From assembly GCA_965248835.1 (NCBI GenBank), contig CBDFLJ010000002.1:512001-576000 (forward strand): a stretch of 64,000 bases of DNA. Direction: 5' to 3'. The position numbers were made by a program, and so were the translations under genes. The notes beneath the pieces are model-generated. The model saw nothing but the letters and a program-made list of their open reading frames with translations, was not told the origin of the DNA and searched no databases. This DNA is from Alphaproteobacteria bacterium (GTDB lineage: Bacteria > Pseudomonadota > Alphaproteobacteria > MPNO01). Shown piece after piece: positions 9,220 to 21,958 of this stretch; within the stretch, counting starts at the first letter, position 1; the number at the start of each line of letters is the position of its first letter.

Positions 9220-11097
9220 TCAGCCGCTTACCGGGTCGGGCTTGGCCGCCGCCAGCCGGCGGGCGGCATCCTTGCCCAGAGGATCGCGCCGCTGCGTCTC
9301 CAGCAGGATGTCGCTGGCCATCGGGGCCGCGGTCGCGGAGCCGGACCCGCCGTGCTCGACCACCACCGAGATCGCATAGCGCGGCGTCTCGACCGGGGCG
9401 TAGGCGACGAACAACGCATGGTCGCGCTCATGCCAGGGCCGCTCGTGGTTCTTGAGCACCCGCAATTCGCGCTCGCGCTTGGAGATCCCCCGCACCTGGG
9501 AGGTGCCGGTCTTGCCGGCAAGCTCGAACCCGTTCTCGCGGATGGCGTAGCGGTAGGCGGTGCCGCGCTCGTCGTTGGCGACCGCGTCCATCCCCCGGCG
9601 CACCAGGCTGAGCGCACGCTCGGGGATCTCGAGCGAGGGGAAATCCGGCGCGGCCGGCCTCCCGGCGCCGTCGGGCGCTTCCTGGACCAGCCGCGGCAGC
9701 ACCTTCCGGCCCGAGGCCACGCGCGCGGTCATCACGGCGAGCTGCAACGGGGTGGCCAGCAGAAAGCCCTGGCCGATGCCGGTGATCAGGGTCTCGCCCT
9801 GCTGCCATTTCTCGCCGAGGGTGGCGAGCTTCCATTCCGGCGTCGGCACCAGGCCCGCGCGCTCGCCCGGCAGCGCGTTGAGCAGCTTGGAGCCCAGACC
9901 CAGCCGCACCGCCATCTCGGAAACCTTGTCGATGCCGACCTTCATGGCGAGGTCGTAGAAATAGATGTCGCAGGACTGTCTGATCGCGCCGACCATGTCG
10001 AGCCAGCCGTGGCCGTGCTTATGCCAGCAGTGGAAACGCGCCTGGCCGAGCTCTATGACGCCCGGGCAGAACACCCGGTAACCGGGCGGTGCGACCCCGG
10101 CCGCGAGCGCGGCCAGGGTGACGGTCATCTTGAAGGTCGAGCCGGGCGCGTAGCTGCCCGAGATCGTCTTGTTGATCAGTGGGTTCATCGGGTTGGAGGC
10201 CACCGACTTCCAAGTCTCGGCGCTCAGCCCCTTGGCGAACTGGTTGGGCTCGAAGCTCGGGGTCGATGCCATCGCCAGGATGTCGCCGGTCTGGACCCCG
10301 ATCAGCACCGCGGCCGCGGATTGCGCGTAGGCCAGCCGGTCCTGGGTGAAGGCCTGCAGCTTCAGGTCAAGGGTCAGCCCGATGTCGTTGCCCGGCACGC
10401 CGTCGTTGCGGTCGAGCTCGCGGATCACCCGACCGACCGCGTTGACCTCGACCTGACTCGATCCCGCCTTGCCGCGCAGCGCCAGGTCGTGGGTCTTCTC
10501 GATTCCGTCCTTGCCGATCCTGAAGCCCGGCTGCTCGAGCAGCGGATCGCCCGTCAGCTCGGGCTCGCTGACCGCAGCGACGTAGCCCAGGATGTGCGCC
10601 GCCTTGACCGAATAGGGGTAATCGCGGACCTGGCCGACATCGATCGTCACACCCGGCAAGTCCGGCGCATTGACCTCGATGGCGGCGACCTCGCGCCAAT
10701 CCAGATCCTCGCGCACGGTCACCGGCACAAAGGACCGCCGCTTCCCGACCTCGCGCAGGACCCGGTCGCGCTCGGCCGCGGTCAGGTCGATCAGCCGGTC
10801 GAGCACCTCCAGCGTGCGTTCGATGTCGTCGGTCTTCTCGGCGATCAGGAGCACGCGGTAGTTCTCGCGGTTGACCGCCAGCGGCGCTCCGAACCGGTCG
10901 AAGATGCGCCCGCGCAGCGGGGCGAGCAGGCGCAGGCTGATCCGGTTGTCCTCGGCCAGCATCTTGTAGCGGTCGGATTCCACGACCTGAAGCTGGTACA
11001 TCCGCCCGGCCAGGATCGACATGATGACCAGCTTGCCGCCGGCCAGCATCATGGTCCGGCGGGTGAGCAGCCTCTGCTTCTCGTTGTCCCGATACAT
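9220..11097 (-). CDS. mrdA: Penicillin-binding protein 2
   Basis: STFK, SCD and KTG motifs; start at MYRDNEK. Confidence 0.95.
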   Translation of the reverse strand: MYRDNEKQRLLTRRTMMLAGGKLVIMSILAGRMYQLQVVESDRYKMLAEDNRISLRLLAPLRGRIFDRFGAPLAVNRENYRVLLIAEKTDDIERTLEVLDRLIDLTAAERDRVLREVGKRRSFVPVTVREDLDWREVAAIEVNAPDLPGVTIDVGQVRDYPYSVKAAHILGYVAAVSEPELTGDPLLEQPGFRIGKDGIEKTHDLALRGKAGSSQVEVNAVGRVIRELDRNDGVPGNDIGLTLDLKLQAFTQDRLAYAQSAAAVLIGVQTGDILAMASTPSFEPNQFAKGLSAETWKSVASNPMNPLINKTISGSYAPGSTFKMTVTLAALAAGVAPPGYRVFCPGVIELGQARFHCWHKHGHGWLDMVGAIRQSCDIYFYDLAMKVGIDKVSEMAVRLGLGSKLLNALPGERAGLVPTPEWKLATLGEKWQQGETLITGIGQGFLLATPLQLAVMTARVASGRKVLPRLVQEAPDGAGRPAAPDFPSLEIPERALSLVRRGMDAVANDERGTAYRYAIRENGFELAGKTGTSQVRGISKRERELRVLKNHERPWHERDHALFVAYAPVETPRYAISVVVEHGGSGSATAAPMASDILLETQRRDPLGKDAARRLAAAKPDPVSG

Positions 11098-11105
11098 CGC
11101 CCGCC

Positions 11106-11618
11106 TCAGGCCTGGCGCAGGATCGCGTGATGGATTTTGGCGAACAGCCAGGTAAGGAAGGGATAGGCCGCAAGAGTGAGTGCGAACTGGAAGACCAGTG
11201 GCGCCGGGTCGATGGCGACGATGTGGTAGCCCATCGTGATCAGCCAGAAGACGAGCGCGGCAATGGCGGCGGTAAGCCCGAACGCCCACCAGACTATGGC
11301 GAAGGACTTGCCCTGGAAGAACGTCCGCTGATAGACGATCGCGCCGTGGACCAACAGCAGAGTGATTGCGTTGATGCCGAACGGAGAGCCGATCAGGAGA
11401 TCCTGCCACAGCCCGAGCACCAGCACCGCAATCGCCGGCATCAGGTCGGGGCGGTAGATCGTCCAATAGAAGACTGCGATCAGGGCGAGGTTCGGCGCCG
11501 CGGGGCCGTAGGTCGGCAGATAGATCGGCGTTGCCGAGAACATCACCAGCAGCGCCGAGAGCACGAACGGCGTCAGGTTTGTGGCGAGCTTGTCGAGGCG
11601 CGCGAAGATCCCGCTCAT
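11106..11618 (-). CDS. mreD: Rod shape-determining protein MreD
   Basis: Hydrophobic; YWTIYRP, GLWQDLL; between mreC and mrdA. Confidence 0.92.
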   Translation of the reverse strand: MSGIFARLDKLATNLTPFVLSALLVMFSATPIYLPTYGPAAPNLALIAVFYWTIYRPDLMPAIAVLVLGLWQDLLIGSPFGINAITLLLVHGAIVYQRTFFQGKSFAIVWWAFGLTAAIAALVFWLITMGYHIVAIDPAPLVFQFALTLAAYPFLTWLFAKIHHAILRQA

Positions 11619-12502
11619 CGCCCGGGACCGCGCGATGACGCGCGTGCGGGGACCGCCCGCCTGAAGGCGACCTCCGGATAGTCGAGGATCCGCACGAATG
11701 CGAGCCTGACCGGATCGACGAAAAGGCGGATGCGGATGCCGCCGCCCTCGCCGATGCCGGAGACGATCCCGACGGGCAGGCCGGGCGGCAGGACCCCGCC
11801 GTGGCCGGACGTGACCACCCGTTCCCCGGTATTGACGCTGGCGTCGTGGCGCAGGAACTGGATCTGCGGGTGGGGCGCGTTGTCGCCGGCCAGGATCGCC
11901 CGTTCGCGCGATTCCTCGAGCATCACCGGGACGCGCGAGTTCAAATCGGTCAACAGCAGCACCCGCGCCGAACGGTCGCCCACGGCCTGTACGCGGCCGA
12001 CCAGCCCGCCGCCTGCGACCACGGCCTGCCCCTTGGCGATCCCCTCGCGCGCGCCGGCGGTGACGATGATCGAGCGGACGAACACCCCGCCGGCATCGGC
12101 GACCACCCGGGCGGCGGTGAAGTGGACGTTGGGCTCGGGCACGAAGCGCAGGAGCTCGCGGAGCTGGTCGTTCTCGCCGGACAGCTTGCGGGCGGCGGCC
12201 TGCCACTGGATCAGCCGCTCGTTCTGCAGCTTGAGCCTTGCGTTCTCCGCGCGCAGCCGGCCGAGCGCGTTGATGTCGGCGATGGCATCGGTGACGGTGG
12301 CCACCGGGCGGGACATCATGCTCATGATCGGCGCCACGAAGTCGATCACGCTCGCCCGGATGCGCTCGACCAGGACCGTTTCCGCCTTGCCCAGCAGCGT
12401 CAGGCCGAAGGCGGCGATGATCACCAGCAGGAACGCGAACCGCAGGGCCAGCGCCCTGATGGGCGCCGCCAGCCTGACGACGGATCCCGGGCTGTACTTC
12501 AC
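11615..12502 (-). CDS. mreC: Rod shape-determining protein MreC
   Basis: TM plus coiled coil, GLVGRV, VVTSG..G..PPGLPVG. Confidence 0.95.
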   Translation of the reverse strand: MKYSPGSVVRLAAPIRALALRFAFLLVIIAAFGLTLLGKAETVLVERIRASVIDFVAPIMSMMSRPVATVTDAIADINALGRLRAENARLKLQNERLIQWQAAARKLSGENDQLRELLRFVPEPNVHFTAARVVADAGGVFVRSIIVTAGAREGIAKGQAVVAGGGLVGRVQAVGDRSARVLLLTDLNSRVPVMLEESRERAILAGDNAPHPQIQFLRHDASVNTGERVVTSGHGGVLPPGLPVGIVSGIGEGGGIRIRLFVDPVRLAFVRILDYPEVAFRRAVPARASSRGPGR

Positions 12503-12576
12503 GGAATTGACGCCCCCTCACGCGGGCATTGGTGCGGCGCGGCCTCCTGTTTCAATCCTGCCGCCTCGAGACCGGG

Positions 12577-13623
<1,047 letters not shown>

Positions 13624-13691
13624 TCACTCGACACCTCGTTCACCGCACGGCGCGGCAGTCGGCCCCTCCGGGCGGAAGAGGCCATGCAACA

Positions 13692-15245
13692 TCAGGCGCT
13701 CAACGCCGAGGGCGCAGTCTTCTCCCGCTTGACCAAGAGCTTGTTGAGCGCGTTCACATATGCGCGCGCGGACGCGACCAGGGTGTCGGTATCCGCGCCC
13801 TGGCCGTTGACCGTCTTTCCGTCCTCCTCCAGCCGCACCGTCACCTCGGCCTGCGCATCGGTGCCCTCGGTGACCGCGTGGACCTGATAGAGCTTCAGCG
13901 TCGCCGTGTGCGGGAACAACTGGCCGATGGCGTTGAAGGTGGCATCGACCGGCCCGTCGCCCTCCGACTTGGTCCGGCAGCGCTGGCCGTCGATGTCGAG
14001 CTCGAGCTCGGCGGTCTGCGGGCCCGACGAGCCGCAGATCACCTGCAGCCAGACGAACCGGATCCGGTCGTTGTCGCGGATCACCTCGTCGTCGATCAGG
14101 GCGATGATGTCCTCGTCGAAGACATCCTTCTTCTTGTCGGCGAGGTCCTTGAACCGGCGGAACGCGTCCTGCATCGCGTTCTCGCCGAGGTCGTAGCCCA
14201 GCTCCCTGATCTTCTCGCGGAAGGCATGCCGGCCGGAATGCTTGCCCATCACCAGCGTGGACTGCTTCAAGCCGACCGATTCCGGGGTCATGATCTCGTA
14301 GGTCCCGGCGTGCTTGAGCACGCCGTCCTGGTGGATGCCCGCCTCATGGGCAAAGGCATTGGCGCCCACGATTGCCTTGTTGGGCTGGACCGTGAAGCCG
14401 GTGATCGTCGAGACCAGGCGCGAGATCCGGGTGATCACCCCGGTATCGACGCCGCAAGCGAACGGCATCATGTCCTGGCGCGTGCGCAGCGCCATGACGA
14501 TCTCCTCCAAGGCGGCGTTGCCGGCCCGCTCGCCCAGGCCGTTGATGGTGCATTCCACCTGGCGTGCGCCGGCGGAGATCGCCGCCAGCGAATTGGCCAC
14601 CGCGAGCCCCAGGTCGTTGTGGCAATGGGCCGAGAAAATCGCTTTGTCGCTGTTGGGCACACGCTCGCGCAGCATGCGGATCATGCCGCCGAACTCCTCG
14701 GGCAGGGCATAGCCCACGGTGTCGGGCAGGTTGATGCAACTTGCCCCCGCGCGGATCGCCGCCTCCACGCACCGGCACAGGAAATCGGGATCCGAGCGCG
14801 AGCCGTCCTCGGGCGACCAGTCGACATCGTCGGTGTATTTGCGCGCGTGGCTGACGCTGTCGATCACCGCGTCGTGGACATCCTCGGGCTCCATCTGCAG
14901 CTTGTATTTCATGTGCAACGGGCTGGTGGCCAGGAAGGTGTGGATGCGCGCCCGCTCGGCCGGTTTCAGCGCCTCGGCGGCGCGGTCGATGTCGGCTCGG
15001 CCGGAGCGGGCGAGGCCGCAGATCACCGGTCCGCGGATCGACTTCGAGATCTCGTGCACCGCCTCGAAATCGCCGTTCGAGGCGATCGGGAAGCCGGCCT
15101 CGATCACGTCCACGCCGAGCTCGGCGAGCATCTCGGCGATGCGGATCTTCTCCTCGAGGTTCATCGACGCGCCGGGCGACTGTTCACCGTCGCGCAGGGT
15201 GGTATCGAAAATGATTATCCGTTCCGGTTCGGCGCTCTGGCTCAT
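13692..15245 (-). CDS. leuA: 2-isopropylmalate synthase
   Basis: DTTLRDGEQ, HCHNDLG, GERAGN; C-terminal regulatory domain GDGPVDA. Confidence 0.97.
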   Translation of the reverse strand: MSQSAEPERIIIFDTTLRDGEQSPGASMNLEEKIRIAEMLAELGVDVIEAGFPIASNGDFEAVHEISKSIRGPVICGLARSGRADIDRAAEALKPAERARIHTFLATSPLHMKYKLQMEPEDVHDAVIDSVSHARKYTDDVDWSPEDGSRSDPDFLCRCVEAAIRAGASCINLPDTVGYALPEEFGGMIRMLRERVPNSDKAIFSAHCHNDLGLAVANSLAAISAGARQVECTINGLGERAGNAALEEIVMALRTRQDMMPFACGVDTGVITRISRLVSTITGFTVQPNKAIVGANAFAHEAGIHQDGVLKHAGTYEIMTPESVGLKQSTLVMGKHSGRHAFREKIRELGYDLGENAMQDAFRRFKDLADKKKDVFDEDIIALIDDEVIRDNDRIRFVWLQVICGSSGPQTAELELDIDGQRCRTKSEGDGPVDATFNAIGQLFPHTATLKLYQVHAVTEGTDAQAEVTVRLEEDGKTVNGQGADTDTLVASARAYVNALNKLLVKREKTAPSALSA

Positions 15246-15296
15246 CCTGGAGCTCCTCTGACGCAGCGTTGTGGACTCAGGCGTGGGTCAGTCATT

Positions 15297-15338
15297 CCCC
15301 TGAACGGCCGGCCGCGGGCGGCAACTCCCGTTCAGGGG
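15297..15338 (-). promoter_or_regulatory. leuA leader stem-loop containing the stop codon of an upstream ORF
   Basis: Perfect 11-bp stem CCCCTGAACGG...CCGTTCAGGGG; the TGA of the 48-aa uORF (15332-15478) lies in the 5' arm. Confidence 0.6.
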
Positions 15339-15663
15339 CTCCTAAGTCGCCGAACCTCGTGGATGGTTGAGGGAAGCCGGATGCCGGTGCTCTGCGCCAG
15401 GACACAGGGCGAGCCGGCGGCTCCCGGAACCGCTATCGGGTGCCGACCGTTTGCAGCTTGCTTCGCATTCGTCCTCATCAACCGGCGATCACACTCGTCA
15501 CAGGGCCCAGGTCGAGAACCGAAAACACAATGTTTCCGTGGGCCGCGACTCTTCCCTTGTCGCGACCGAAGTTCATCTTTACGCCAAAACCGCCTGAAAC
15601 CGCAACGAAATTTTGCCGTACAGGCCGCGCCGGAAAGCGGTTCGGGGCGGAGTCCGCCCGGCC

Positions 15664-17230
<1,567 letters not shown>

Positions 17231-17254
17231 GTTTGGGCTCCGAACGGTTGCCGA

Positions 17255-19015
17255 TCAGACCAGCACCATGCCTTCCTCGGAAACCGGCGCCTCGGCCTCG
17301 TCGCCCGGCCCCAGCAGCATCTCGTTGTGGGCCGCCCCCGAGGGGATCATCGGAAAGCAGTTCTCGGTCTGATCGACCACGATGTCGGCGATCACCGGCC
17401 CGTCGGTATCGATCATCGCATCGATCACCCCGTCGACGTCGGCCGGCCTGGTGGCCCGCAGCCCGGTCCAGTGGAAGGCCTCGGCCATTCTGACGAAATC
17501 CGGCAGCGCCGCGGTGTAGCTCTCCGAATAGCGGCCGCCGTGCATCAGTTCCTGCCATTGGCGGACCATGCCCATCCACTGGTTGTTGATCACGAACACC
17601 TTGACCGGCAATTTGTACTGCACCGCGGTCGACAGCTCCTGGATGTTCATCAGGAACGACGCCTCGCCGGCGATGTCGATGACCAGCGCGTCGGGGTGCG
17701 CGGTTTGAACGCCGATCGCGGCAGGAAGGCCGTAACCCATCGTCCCCAGGCCGCCCGAGGTCATCCAGCGGTTGGGCTCTTCGAACTTGAAGAACTGGGC
17801 GGCCCACATCTGGTGCTGGCCGACCTCTGTGGTGATGTAGATGTCGCGCCCCCTGGTCTTCTCGTAGAGCCGCTGGATGGCGTATTGCGGCTTGATGATC
17901 GTATCGGAGTCGACGTAGCGCAGGCAGTCGCGCTTGCGCCATTGCTCGATCTGCGCCCACCAGGCCTTGAGCGCCTTGGCATCGGGCGCGGCCTTGCGCG
18001 CCTTCCACGCCCGCAAAAGCTGGTCGAGCACGACCGCGGCATCGCCGATGACCGGCACGTCGACGGCAACGTTCTTGTTGATCGAGGACGGATCGATGTC
18101 GATATGGATCTTTTTCGAGCCCGGCGAGAAGTCGGCGAGCCGGCCGGTGACCCGGTCGTCGAACCGTGCCCCGACATTGATCATCACGTCGCAGTCGTGC
18201 ATCGCGAGGTTGGCCTCGTACATGCCGTGCATGCCGAGCATCCCCAGGCATTGCGGGTCCGAAGCCGGGTAGGCGCCCAGCCCCATCAGCGTCAGCGTTA
18301 CCGGATAGCCGGTCAGTCGGATCAGCCGCCGCAGCCGGCGGGAGGCCTCGGGACCTGCGTTGATCACCCCGCCGCCGACATAGAACAGCGGCCGCTTGGC
18401 ATTGGCCATCAGCGTCACCGCTTCGGCGATCCTGTCGCGGTCGGCGCGGACTTTCGGCCGGTAGGAGCGGTGCTCGCAGGCCTCCATCGCCTGGTATGTA
18501 CCCTGGCCCATCAGGATGTCCTTGGGCAGGTCGATCACCACCGGGCCGGGCCGGCCGCTGCGCGCGACATAGAATGCTTCGTGCACGATCCGCGGCAGGT
18601 CGGCCATGTCCTTGACCAGGTAGTTGTGCTTGGTGCACGGCCGGGTGATGCCGGTCGTGTCGGCCTCCTGGAAGGCATCGTTGCCGATCAGGTGGGTCGG
18701 GACCTGGCCGGTCAGGCAGACCACGGGGATGCTGTCCATCAGGGCATCGGTCAGCCCGGTGACAGCGTTGGTCGCACCGGGGCCCGAGGTGACCAGGACC
18801 ACGCCTACCTTGCCGGTCGATCGGGCATAGCCCTCGGCCATGTGCACCGCACCGCCCTCCTGGCGGACCAGCACGTGACGCACCGCGTTCTGGGTGAACA
18901 GCGCATCGTAGATCGGCAGCACCGCGCCGCCGGGATACCCGAAGACCGTATCCACACCCTGATCGACCAGAGCCTTTATGACGATCTCCGATCCCGTCAT
19001 CTGCTGGCTGGCCAT
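17255..19015 (-). CDS. ilvI: Acetolactate synthase large subunit
   Basis: FGYPGG, TSGPGATN, GQHQMW, GMVRQWQ. Confidence 0.96.
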   Translation of the reverse strand: MASQQMTGSEIVIKALVDQGVDTVFGYPGGAVLPIYDALFTQNAVRHVLVRQEGGAVHMAEGYARSTGKVGVVLVTSGPGATNAVTGLTDALMDSIPVVCLTGQVPTHLIGNDAFQEADTTGITRPCTKHNYLVKDMADLPRIVHEAFYVARSGRPGPVVIDLPKDILMGQGTYQAMEACEHRSYRPKVRADRDRIAEAVTLMANAKRPLFYVGGGVINAGPEASRRLRRLIRLTGYPVTLTLMGLGAYPASDPQCLGMLGMHGMYEANLAMHDCDVMINVGARFDDRVTGRLADFSPGSKKIHIDIDPSSINKNVAVDVPVIGDAAVVLDQLLRAWKARKAAPDAKALKAWWAQIEQWRKRDCLRYVDSDTIIKPQYAIQRLYEKTRGRDIYITTEVGQHQMWAAQFFKFEEPNRWMTSGGLGTMGYGLPAAIGVQTAHPDALVIDIAGEASFLMNIQELSTAVQYKLPVKVFVINNQWMGMVRQWQELMHGGRYSESYTAALPDFVRMAEAFHWTGLRATRPADVDGVIDAMIDTDGPVIADIVVDQTENCFPMIPSGAAHNEMLLGPGDEAEAPVSEEGMVLV

Positions 19016-19056
19016 GACGAACCCCCTTCGACCTCAACCCCGCCGGCCTCGCGGAC

Positions 19057-19171
19057 AAACGAAACCGGCCCGATGGGGCCGGTTCTGTCGCCGCTCGACC
19101 CGGTGGGCCGGGCGGCACGGCTATCCCTTCATGAAACACCGGACCCTAAACCCTCACACCGGTGGGGTCAA
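19057..19171 (-). promoter_or_regulatory. ilvI promoter and attenuator-like leader
   Basis: TTGACC(19171-19166)-17-TAGGGT(19148-19143); mini-ORF ATG AAG GGA TAG; hairpin 19090-19116; terminator-like AACCGGCCC-CATC-GGGCCGGTT-TCGTTT. Confidence 0.6.
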
Positions 19172-20110
19172 CCGAAAATCGCTAATAAATGAAAAGATTT
19201 CCGGGCGTATTGTTTCCGAATATTTCTCTTCGACGACAAGGTCCGGGACCATCTGGTGGCGGAACCAGGTCATCTGCCGACGGGCGTAGCGCCTGGTGTC
19301 GCGTTTGGCCTGGCGCGTCGCCTCCGCTTCGCCGATGCGGCCTTCGGCGAGGGCGATGAGCGGGGCGAGGCCGACCGCCTTCATCGCCGGCACGGCGGGA
19401 TCGAGGCCGAGCGCCGCGATCCGCCCGGCCTCGGCCAAGGCCCCGGCGGCGAGCATGGCATCGAACCGCGCATCGCAGGCCGCATAGACCGTCGCGCGCT
19501 CGGGCAGAACCAGGATCCGGGCGAAGCGCCAGGCCGGTGCGTCCTCGCCCGACCGGCGCGCGTGCCAGGCGCGGAGCGGCCGGCCGGTCTGCTCCAGGAC
19601 CTCCAGCGCGCGAAGAATCCGCTGCGGGTCGCTGGCGCGGACGCGCCGCGCGCCTTGCGGGTCCACGCCGGCAAGCCGGTCATGGAGCGCTGCCGCTCCG
19701 TGCTCGGCGAGTTCCCGTCGAAGCCGTCCGCGCAGCGCCGGATCGATTTCCGGGACCGCCGCGATCCCCTCGCTCAGCGTCTTGAGGTAGAGCCCGGTGC
19801 CGCCGGTGACGATCGGCAACTTGCCCTGCGCGTGGGCTTGGTCGATTGCGCGCCGGGCCATCGCCTGCCAGCTTCCGGCCGAACAGGGATCGGCCGCGGC
19901 GAGGACGCCGTAGAGCCGGTGCGGCGCCCGGGCGAGCGCGTCGGCGCCCGGCCGGGCCGACAGGATCTCGAGCTCGCGGTAGAGCTGCATCGAATCGGCG
20001 TTGACGACCACGCCGTCCAAGCGCTCGGCCAGCGCCAGCGCCAGCGCCGATTTGCCGCTGGCCGTCGGCCCGGCGAGGACGACGACCGGCGAAGCGGCGG
20101 CCTGTTCCAG
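19154..20110 (-). CDS. miaA: tRNA dimethylallyltransferase; probable CTG start
   Basis: VVVLAGPTASGKS, NADSMQLY, TGGTGLY, YARRQMTWFR; the P-loop lies upstream of the first canonical start (20020). Confidence 0.93.
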   Translation of the reverse strand: MEQAAASPVVVLAGPTASGKSALALALAERLDGVVVNADSMQLYRELEILSARPGADALARAPHRLYGVLAAADPCSAGSWQAMARRAIDQAHAQGKLPIVTGGTGLYLKTLSEGIAAVPEIDPALRGRLRRELAEHGAAALHDRLAGVDPQGARRVRASDPQRILRALEVLEQTGRPLRAWHARRSGEDAPAWRFARILVLPERATVYAACDARFDAMLAAGALAEAGRIAALGLDPAVPAMKAVGLAPLIALAEGRIGEAEATRQAKRDTRRYARRQMTWFRHQMVPDLVVEEKYSETIRPEIFSFISDFRLTPPV

Positions 20111-20122
20111 CGCCGCGGGACC

Positions 20123-21619
20123 TCACCCCTTGGCGATCTTGATCGCCACGAAGCGCTGGCTGCCCTCGCGCTCGACAAGGACCAGGATGGTGCTCCCCGA
20201 CGATTTGCGGGCCTTTTCGACCTGCAATTTCACCTCGGACGGGTTGGTAACGCTCGATTGGGCCGGTCCGATCTTGCGGATGATGTCACCCGGCCGGATC
20301 TGCTTGTCGGCCGCCGGGCTGCCGGCTTCGACCTCGGTGACGACGACACCGCGGATGTCCTCGCCCAGGTTGAAGCGCTGGCGCAACGCCGCGGTCACCA
20401 TGGACAGTTTCAGGCCCAGCGCTTCGACCGATTCGACCGATTTCGGGCCGGCCGGCGTCCGCGCCGCGAGCTTTTGCGAGTCCTCGGGGAATTCGCCGAG
20501 CTCGATCCGCCGCGTCATTTTTGCGCCCTTGCGCCAGACCACGACGTTGACCGGCTTGCCGACGGAGGTTTCCGCGACCACCCGCGGCAGGCGGCGCATC
20601 TCGGTGATCGGCATCCCGTCGAACGACAGGATCACGTCGCCGACCTCGATCTTGCCCCTGGCCGCCGGACCGTCCTCGCTCAGGCCCGCCACCAGCGCGC
20701 CGGAGGCCTGCGGCAGGCCAAGACCCTGGGCGATCTCCTCGGTGACCGTCTGGATGCGCACGCCGAGCCAGCCGCGCCGCGCCTTTCCATATTGCTCCAA
20801 CTGCTTGACGATCGGCCTGGCGAGGTTGGCCGGGATCGCGAACCCGATGCCGATGCTGCCGCCGGTCGGCGAGAAGATGGCCGTGTTGACCCCGATCACC
20901 TCGCCCTCGATGTTGAACATCGGACCGCCGGAATTGCCGCGGTTGATCGAGGCGTCGGTCTGGATGAAGTCGTCGTAGGGGCCGGCATTGATGTTGCGCT
21001 GGCGCGCCGAGACGATGCCCGCCGTCACTGTGCCGCCGAGCCCGAACGGGTTGCCGATCGCGAGCACCCAGTCACCGACGCGGGTTTTGTCGGAGTTGCC
21101 GAACGTGACCGCGGTCAGCGCCGTCTTGGGCTCGACCCGCAGCAGCGCCAGATCGGTCTTCGCGTCGCGGCCGACAACGATCGCCGGCAGCTTGGTATCG
21201 TTGGAAAACGTGACCGTTATCTCGTCGGCCTCGGCGATCACGTGATTGTTGGTCACGATCAGCCCCTTGGCATCGATCACGAAGCCCGAGCCCAGAGAGG
21301 TCGCCTTGCGTTCCGGGCCGCCGCGGCGCTGCTGTTGTTCGAAGAACTCGCGAAAGAACTCCTCGAAAGGCGATCTGGGGGCGAGTTGTGGGCGCTCGGG
21401 CGTGGCGGGGGGCCGATCGCCGGTGTTCTTGATCATCTGGGTGGTCGAGATATTGACCACCGAGGGCAGCAGGCGCTGGGCCAGATCGGCGAACGTCGTC
21501 GGCGCCCTGGCGAAGGCGGTATGCGGGGCGCCCGCGGCTGCGAACCCGAGCAGAAGCGTCAAGGCGACCGCGGCGCCGACCGGTCGGCCTTGCCGGGCTT
21601 GCGAATCGCAAATCCTCAC
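20123..21619 (-). CDS. Do/DegQ family serine protease with two PDZ domains
   Basis: Signal peptide, TNNHV, DLALL, GNSGGP. Confidence 0.95.
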   Translation of the reverse strand: MRICDSQARQGRPVGAAVALTLLLGFAAAGAPHTAFARAPTTFADLAQRLLPSVVNISTTQMIKNTGDRPPATPERPQLAPRSPFEEFFREFFEQQQRRGGPERKATSLGSGFVIDAKGLIVTNNHVIAEADEITVTFSNDTKLPAIVVGRDAKTDLALLRVEPKTALTAVTFGNSDKTRVGDWVLAIGNPFGLGGTVTAGIVSARQRNINAGPYDDFIQTDASINRGNSGGPMFNIEGEVIGVNTAIFSPTGGSIGIGFAIPANLARPIVKQLEQYGKARRGWLGVRIQTVTEEIAQGLGLPQASGALVAGLSEDGPAARGKIEVGDVILSFDGMPITEMRRLPRVVAETSVGKPVNVVVWRKGAKMTRRIELGEFPEDSQKLAARTPAGPKSVESVEALGLKLSMVTAALRQRFNLGEDIRGVVVTEVEAGSPAADKQIRPGDIIRKIGPAQSSVTNPSEVKLQVEKARKSSGSTILVLVEREGSQRFVAIKIAKG

Positions 21620-21761
21620 TGAGAGTCTCCCTGAGATTGGTCGCCGCCAGGCTTCCTGCCGGCGTTTCGCGGGAATTCACGCCACAGATATGGTCGTTTT
21701 ACACCCGGGCATCAACGCAGTGCCGGTTGATCGACGGTCGGCTGCGCGGCAGGCAGGCCGG

Positions 21762-21950
21762 CTATCCGCGCACCACCCAGACGATCCCCACGCCCAGCGC
21801 GGTGGCGAGCACACCGGCGGTGCGCAGCGTCGCTGCGGGCTGCTCCAGGATGCGCGCCATATACCGCTTCATCGCGTCGGGGAACAGCGCATAGAGCGCA
21901 CCCTCGATAGCAAGCGCGAGCGCCACGGCCGCGACCAGGTCGCCGCCCAT
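21762..21950 (-). CDS. DUF2065 membrane protein
   Basis: ALAIEGALYALFP..LR..G; typical position after hflC. Confidence 0.85.
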   Translation of the reverse strand: MGGDLVAAVALALAIEGALYALFPDAMKRYMARILEQPAATLRTAGVLATALGVGIVWVVRG

Positions 21951-21958
21951 CGACCGGG

